Shown: positions 57,124-64,000 of the stretch, piece after piece | Layout of the letters: each line of letters starts with the position of its first letter | Position numbering within the stretch: the stretch's first letter is position 1 | Assembly: GCA_951406725.2 (NCBI GenBank) | Contig: OX597815.1 | Span: 199,082,001-199,146,000, forward strand | DNA: 64,000 nt | Source: Octopus vulgaris | Lineage: Eukaryota | Direction of reading: 5' to 3' | Notes under the pieces: model-generated | Seen by the model: the letters and a program-made list of their open reading frames with translations, nothing else | Databases searched by the model: none | Told to the model about the DNA's origin: nothing | Program-made: the position numbers and the translations under genes

Positions 57124-57486
57124 TCAAGTTCTGGTGCCGATTCATTCGACTAAAATATCTTGAAAGCGGTGCCGTAGCATGGCCGCAGTCTAATGACTAA
57201 AAAACAAGTAAAAGTAAATAATATAGACGGATTTTTATGTTTGTTTTCAGTTAATCACCTGCGGCCCCACTGGTCAGGCATTAGTTTACAGCCGTACTTG
57301 AACACTGCCTTGAAGAATTCAATCGAAAATGTCCGTCCCTACCCTGTCGTGCTTATATTTTATACATGATGCTTATTATATCAATCTCTCCGACAAATTC
57401 CTTAGGTTACGGGGATTTAAAATATCCAACAACGGTTGCCAAGCGGCGTAGATGGACACACAAAGAAACCCGATTGTGTGTATAAG

Positions 57487-57515
<29 letters not shown>

Positions 57516-57519
<4 letters not shown>

Positions 57520-57750
57520 AAATAAGTCAAGATAGAAAAGGCTAAAATAATTTTATAAAAAACATTTGAGTACCGGTTTCAGTCATTGAGACTTTTTCAG
57601 CTGTAACAATTAAACAATTAAGTTTAGAAAATTAAAAGAAAAGTGTTTCTTTTAAATATTTGTACAGTGTTCAAATACAAGTGGCATTTTCCTTGTTTTG
57701 TGCCTGTCTCTGTCTCTCTTGTTTACTCTTGTGGGTTCGAGGTTGTTATA
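57516..57750 (-). mobile_element. PLE-end fragment between (TA)n tracts with a degenerate hammerhead (57568-57603)
   Basis: AG-CTGAAAA-AGTC-TCAAT-GACT-GAAAC-CG-GTA-CT; position 8 is A. Confidence 0.55.
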
Positions 57751-58029
57751 TGTATATATATATATATATGGCATCCCGCCAATTCCGCGCGTGACACTTC
57801 AGCGCAAAGACAATTCTCTTGGATCATTCTTCTCAGGACATTATTAGATACTCCAGCCCTCTCACGAATGATTGAAGGCCTCTGCTTCATTGCTGATATT
57901 GCTGGCTGTGACACATAACCATGGCATCTTCCATGACATCTTCCGATAAACTTCCATTAACATGGATGCGACCTTTGCATTTGTCTTCAGTACAACGCCA
58001 AGACTCTTTTCCATTTCGAAGTTTTCTAT

Positions 58030-58464
58030 AGGCACAGGAGTGACTGTGTGATAAGTAGCTTGTTTACCAACCACATGGTTCCGGGTTCAGTCCCACTGCG
58101 TGGCACCTTGGGTAAGTGTCTTCTACTTATAGCCTCGGACCGACCAAAGCCTTGTGAGTGAAACTAAAAATCCCGTCGATATTGGTATAGGCGCAGGAGT
58201 AGCTGTGTGGCTGAAGAAGGTAAAGCAAATATCTTGACATATCTTGCAAAACCTGAAACCTGCAGGTACCACATTATCCATTTTCCGGGTGTTTCATGTT
58301 TCAGATGTTCTCCCTGGAGGTAAGACGGTTTTTTTTCTCTATTTTGTTGCACACACGCATTTTTACTAATACATACGCGGTGAAGCTACACTTTAGCGTC
58401 GTATTTTTACGTTCGCTATTTCCAGTAAATATCGGTACTTAGTTGTGCCATTTATTTACTAATT

Positions 58465-58504
<40 letters not shown>

Positions 58505-58733
58505 TGTGTGTGTTTGTGTGAGTGTGTTTGTCCCCGTAGCATTGCTTGACAAACGATGCTGGTGTGTTTATGTCCCCGTTACTTAGCGGTTCGGCAAAAG
58601 AGACCGATAGAATAAGTACTGGGCTTACAAAAAAGAATAAGTCCCGGGGTCGAGTTGCTCGATTAAAGGCGGTGCTCCAGCATGGCCGCAGTCAAATGAC
58701 TGAAACAAGTAGAAGAGTAAAAGAGTAAAGAGT
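58030..58733 (+). mobile_element. Family B SINE split by a second SINE head and a hammerhead element
   Basis: 5' half at 58030-58178, 3' half at 58501-58733. Confidence 0.85.
58206..58274 (+). ncRNA. Canonical type I hammerhead ribozyme
   Basis: TGTGG-CTGAAGA-AGGT...ACCT-GAAA-CCTGCAGG-TA-CCACA: all core nucleotides present, three stems paired, GUA site (cut after 58268), palindromic stem III ACCTGCAGGT. Confidence 0.88.
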
Positions 58734-59294
58734 ATCCAAGCGATATCAAAATCCATTTCATAAAATGTGCTCGCGCCCTTTCTCTGATAAAATCCGCTCC
58801 ATAGGGCTCGTTTTGTATCTTTAAATTAATAAATGTTAGTAACAAAATAGAATCCTAAGAATCCTAAGAAAGGTTTGCAAAATAGCAACAATGAAATGGT
58901 ATACTCCTATAAATAAGAAAAAATGGATTTTGGACTACTAACAGCTGAAAACGCTACTACCTATTCAACGGTTGTTACTACGCACAATTTAAAATATTAC
59001 CAGTTATTCACGAAGTTGAGAAGTTTAGAAATTTTAAAAACAAAATAAATGAAATAAAATTTCATATACATGATGTCTTGAATGGTTTCTGCGCGGAATT
59101 GTCGGTTCACTATGTATAGTGTTTGAAAATGTTAGAAAAAAGCGCTCACAGACTAGAAAAAACGATAAGTAACATCCTCATAATAGATAGATTTCATAAC
59201 ATTTTTTTTTTAAATAATTTTTTAGAAAATCACCTATACGCCTCATAAAATCTGAGTAATTCTCATAGACTTTCAAATATATATATATATATAT

Positions 59295-59565
59295 AAAGGA
59301 TAAAATTGTTAAAAATGTTATCAGTGGCCAGCATAAAATACACAGCTATTAAGGTGAATTCATATATAGAGATTTACAAGAGTATAAAATTATAATTGAG
59401 GGCATAGAAGAGACCATGCCTGGAAATAGACGCTAAATCGTCTAACCACGCACAATTACCACTTTTTCAACATGTGTGTATTATAAAAGTGATAATTTTA
59501 AGTGGTATGGACTCTCTTTACCTTTAGTTATAATTGGATTTTATGCTATTATAAATCTCTTTGTC
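59295..59565. repeat. Diverged relative of the 30945 element with an imperfect inverted repeat (59366-59420 / 59503-59562)
   Basis: Shares TATCAGT(T)GGCCAGCAT and AAAATTATAATT.AGGG with 30975-31050. Confidence 0.5.
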
Positions 59566-59619
59566 TCCCCCCCCCCCCTCTCTCTCTCTCTCTCTTTATA
59601 TATATATATATATATGGAT

Positions 59620-59762
59620 AAAACTCACTACTAGAATGGACCATAAACAAAACTTGACTTAAACAGGATTTAGATAATCATATCAGGTGGTGCTATTAAG
59701 TTAGACATGGCCTGGACCAATCTTTGGTCGAAACATATCTATCTCAGTTTTATCTAAGTTTT
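59620..59762 (+). mobile_element. Short 3' end of the CR1-like LINE, in (TA)n
   Basis: Near-identical to 29400-29527. Confidence 0.85.
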
Positions 59763-60127
59763 ATATATATATATATAAGCAGCTGGTTATCACATACTTA
59801 CAATCTGTAAGTAAACAAGTATAACTACGACTTTTCTTCTTTAACTTCAGAGAATAAGGACCTATCATCATTTTGTTTACTAAAGAAAAAGGATAGCAAT
59901 TGCTATTTAAATCAGATACAAGCTAGAACGAAACTGAAATGGTTATACTAATCTAAATATCATAGATTAAACATTGAAATTATTTGAAAATCCTTCATAA
60001 ATAAGTTCCGAACAAATAGCGTGAAGTTAAAATATATAAGATGAAATCAATTCAGTTAACTGCACACTATAATGGCAACAATCTGTAGTATAAAGAAATT
60101 GAAGTACCCGTTTTAATTATGTGTTTG

Positions 60128-60176
<49 letters not shown>

Positions 60177-60255
60177 ATACGTGGAATATGTATAACATAT
60201 ATGTGTGCGTGCAAATATATACATATCTATGTATGGATATATATATGTGTATATA

Positions 60256-60338
<83 letters not shown>

Positions 60339-60466
60339 ATACACACACGTATATACGTATGGCACACACATATATATATATACATGTGTATATATATACA
60401 TATATACATATATATATATGTATATATATGTGTGTGTAGCATATATATATATATATATGTATTTAT

Positions 60467-60549
<83 letters not shown>

Positions 60550-60601
60550 GTGAAGGGATGAAATGGAGCCGAACGAAGATTCTACAAAATTCCTTTTTAT
60601 T

Positions 60602-60687
60602 ATTTTCTACACATGTTTCAAAGGCTGCAAATTCCCGAATTCGGATTGAATAAGGAGACCATTCTGGAGCTTTCTCTTCAGGAAAAT
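60602..60687 (-). ncRNA. Type I hammerhead (mirror copy)
   Basis: Reverse complement of 60800-60885 with the core intact. Confidence 0.78.
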
Positions 60688-60799
60688 CCAGGAATTTAAA
60701 ATCTCCAAACAAATGCGCACCAAGCTTTTCATGGACTCATAGGGAGCGTTTTGTTCGAAAAGCTTGCTGCGCATTTGTTTTGAGATTTTAAATTCCTGG

Positions 60800-60885
60800 A
60801 TTTTCCTGAAGAGAAAGCTGCAGAATGGTCTCCTTATTCAATCCGAATTTGGGAATTCGCAGCCTTTGAAACATGTGTAGAAAAT
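60800..60885 (+). ncRNA. Type I hammerhead ribozyme with long stem II
   Basis: ATTTTC-CTGAAGA-GAAAGCTGC...GCAGCCTTT-GAAAC-ATGT-GTA-GAAAAT; 6-bp stem I; GUA site (cut after 60879); G-U pair at the base of stem II. Confidence 0.82.
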
Positions 60886-61096
60886 AATAAAAAGGAATTT
60901 TGTAGAATCTTCGTTCGGCTCCATTTCATCCCTTCACTAAATATATAAAACTTCAATTATCCGCGCTAAAGCACGGGGGCGAAACCCCATGGTCGTAACC
61001 TCAACCGCGTCTTTTCTGGTGTGATTTTTGCTACACAGGTATCGGTTAAATTTTGAATAATCTGTAACAAGATAATTCATTTATCCATTTCATTAA

Positions 61097-61167
<71 letters not shown>

Positions 61168-62352
61168 GACACACATATATATATATATACGTGTGTGAAT
61201 ATATACATATATGCATATATGCTTATATAGTTATACACACATGTATAAGATTTTATCAATAAAACATGATTCCTACAAATTACCTATATCTATGTCGCAA
61301 CCTGTGTACGTATATATTTAAATATATATTCGTACACACACACACACATACGTACGTATACACATATATATATATATGTGTTTGTGTGTGTATTTGTCTG
61401 TGTATAGATTGATGTATATGCATACGTATTTATATTCATATATATATATAGATATATATAGATATATATAGATATATATAATAGTTCATATATACTGCAT
61501 GCATACATACATACATGCATGCATACATACATACATACATACATACATACATACATACATACATACATACATACATACATACATACATACAAACAGGTAA
61601 TCGATTACTGGTTGGTTCTGGCTAACTGGAAGTCTAACTCATATCAAAGAGGTGATGGCTGAGAAGGGACAACAAAGCTCTGAATCACGTTGGATAGAAG
61701 AACAAACAATTTTATTATTTATTTCAACTCTGATTTCTATAGAAGTGTTTACAATCCTTCAATGCAACAGTTCGGGAAGATGAATAGGGTCAGAGAAACA
61801 GAGAGAATCCGTGGTGTCTGAGTCAATGTTTTCTCTTGGTCCCATTTGTTTCTTTTATCACTGTGATTATTTTTCATATGACAAGCGGGGAAAAATATGA
61901 GATTATGTGTATAGCAGTATGTTTCAATATACACTTGCATGTAAGCGGATCTTATTGTTGACGCGTATGTTACACATCAGGGGTATATGTGCATGTAAGT
62001 GGAGATGCGTGGTTGTGTCTTCATATGAATATATATATATTCAGACACACACACACACACACACAGAAATATATACACATATGTATATGCTTATATATAT
62101 TGTGATTCAGAAGTCCTTTTAGCATATCGATGATAAATATAATTGAAATGTAAACTTGCTTTGATCAAGTGTATGTGTGTGCGTTTACATATATACATAT
62201 ATATTTATGAATATGTATTTATAGCATATACATATCTATATACATAAATTTCTATCTATCTATCTACCTATATATATATATATATATACACATATATACA
62301 TATATATAATATATACATATATATGTATATATATATATATATATACACACAC

Positions 62353-62409
<57 letters not shown>

Positions 62410-62410
62410 C

Positions 62411-62485
<75 letters not shown>

Positions 62486-62589
62486 CACACATATACATAC
62501 AAATAGATTGATGCGCGTATTGTATATGTATGTGGATGTTTTAAGTATTCATATCTTTACACGCCACACACTTATCTTTCTCTCTCTCT

Positions 62590-62636
<47 letters not shown>

Positions 62637-63010
62637 TACAGAGAGAGAGAGAGAATATACATCCTACATATATTAGAGTGCATTCATGCGTGTGTACAAG
62701 GCCGTGTACATGTGTGTGTACAATGTCGTGTATAATGTTGAGTTTATCAGTATGTGTACGTACATGCGTGTGGGCAAATGGGGCAGCTTCTCTTTGAAAT
62801 ATATTCGAATGAAAACACACTACGTTTGAATTTTATCGTTATTTTGTTCTTTGTTAATGTTTATTGGGGTGTTTTGTTTACTTTTTGTATTTTGTTTTTG
62901 GTGTTTTTTTCACATGTTCTTAACAGTTTTATCTTTCATACGTCAACTCACATTTCAAGTATTTCTCAGCCTCATTATCAGGATGAAATGATGATAGTAA
63001 CAACCTCCTC

Positions 63011-63225
63011 AAGGTGGCGTGCTAGCAGAATCGTTAGCACATCGGGCTAAATGCTTAGCAGTATTTCTCCCGTCGCTACTTTCTGAGTTCAAATTCCGCC
63101 GAGGTCGACTTTACCTTTCATCTTACAGGGGTCGATAAAATAAGTACCAATTGGACACTGGGGTCGATGTAATCGACTTACCTCCTGCCCAGAAATTTCA
63201 GCACTTCAGCCTATATTAGAAACGA
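63011..63225 (+). mobile_element. SINE family C
   Basis: Full monomer. Confidence 0.88.
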
Positions 63226-63749
63226 TATTAACGAAATCCTCATGCTCTTTGCTAGTGCGGTGAATGGAACACTGAAATATTCAACGCCGGATTCAAAATC
63301 ATTCGAAGTTTAGCTATTGGCTTATTTCAAGTATATTGGAATATTGATTTTTCTTTCTTTTTGCTTACAGTTTGCCGCCAAAAACGCTTCTATAATTTAA
63401 TAACCTCATTTTCCTTTTGTGAAGTTGTAAGTTGCACGATATTGCTATGTAATCGTGGAAACGAAAATTGTTTAGACAACCTTTGTTTTCTGTATTATAA
63501 ACACGCCTTGCCGTCATGTATATGTGTGTGTATATGCGTCTGCGTTTGTATGTATAGTTGTATGTAAGTATGCATGTATGTACATGCATACACACGCACG
63601 TTGCACAGAGACACAAGCGCACACCCGCCCCCACACACACGCACGCTCACGCAGAAACATACACACACGCACGCACACACACACACACACAGATATTAAC
63701 GAAGAACAAAAATGCGATTAAATCGTTTCATTCGAATATATTCCTAAGC

Positions 63750-63897
63750 TGGAAGCGCGTGGTCTAGTGGTTAGGGTGTTGAACTTATGACCGTAAGATC
63801 GTACTTTCGATATCTGGATCGGGTGACGCGTTGTATTCTTGAGCGAAACACTTCATTTCATGTTGCTCCAGTCCACTCAGCAGTCAAAAATGAGTAA
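63750..63897 (+). mobile_element. SINE family D head
   Basis: TGGTCTAGTGG A box and CTTGAGCGAAACAC body. Confidence 0.75.
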
Positions 63898-63899
63898 TA

Positions 63900-63953
<54 letters not shown>

Positions 63954-64000
63954 CGTTGTATACTGTCAATCTAACACGAACGTGACAGTATACAACCATT

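Larger units (their letters stand above)
60541..60946. repeat. Long inverted repeat, arms about 190 bp, 26-bp spacer
   Basis: 60541-60730 is the reverse complement of 60757-60946 with few mismatches; begins at (TA)n. Confidence 0.95.

Noticed and set aside
57770-58020. Possible mariner N-terminal remnant on minus
   Set aside because: Only faint resemblance, no TIRs found; not supportable without a search

Overview
AT-rich, repeat-saturated eukaryotic DNA. The SINE families and very dense microsatellites look like an octopus (cephalopod) intergenic or intronic region; this is an inference from pattern recognition, not a database result. No intact host gene is visible, and almost every ORF in the track is a microsatellite or SINE translation. 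The window holds about 35 copies or fragments of four tRNA-headed SINE families, fossil LINEs (L1/Tx1-like, CR1-like, RTE), fossil DNA transposons (mariner, Chapaev, MITEs, Helitrons) and a degenerate Penelope-like RT/GIY-YIG remnant. The main unexpected signal is about a dozen hammerhead-ribozyme (HHR) motifs of the minimal type I, Penelope-like-element (PLE) kind. They sit in short elements embedded in (TA)n or (AAT)n tracts, often inside long inverted repeats. Two have a canonical core with all three stems (58206-58274, 60800-60885) and two carry a compensatory G3-C8 core. One G3-C8 ribozyme overlaps the stop codon of a decayed ~240-aa Myb/SANT + polyQ ORF (2155->1432, minus strand), suggesting a ribozyme-terminated retroelement carrying a transcription-factor-like cargo. 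Folds and translations were done by hand, and most element boundaries are approximate to about 10-20 bp.
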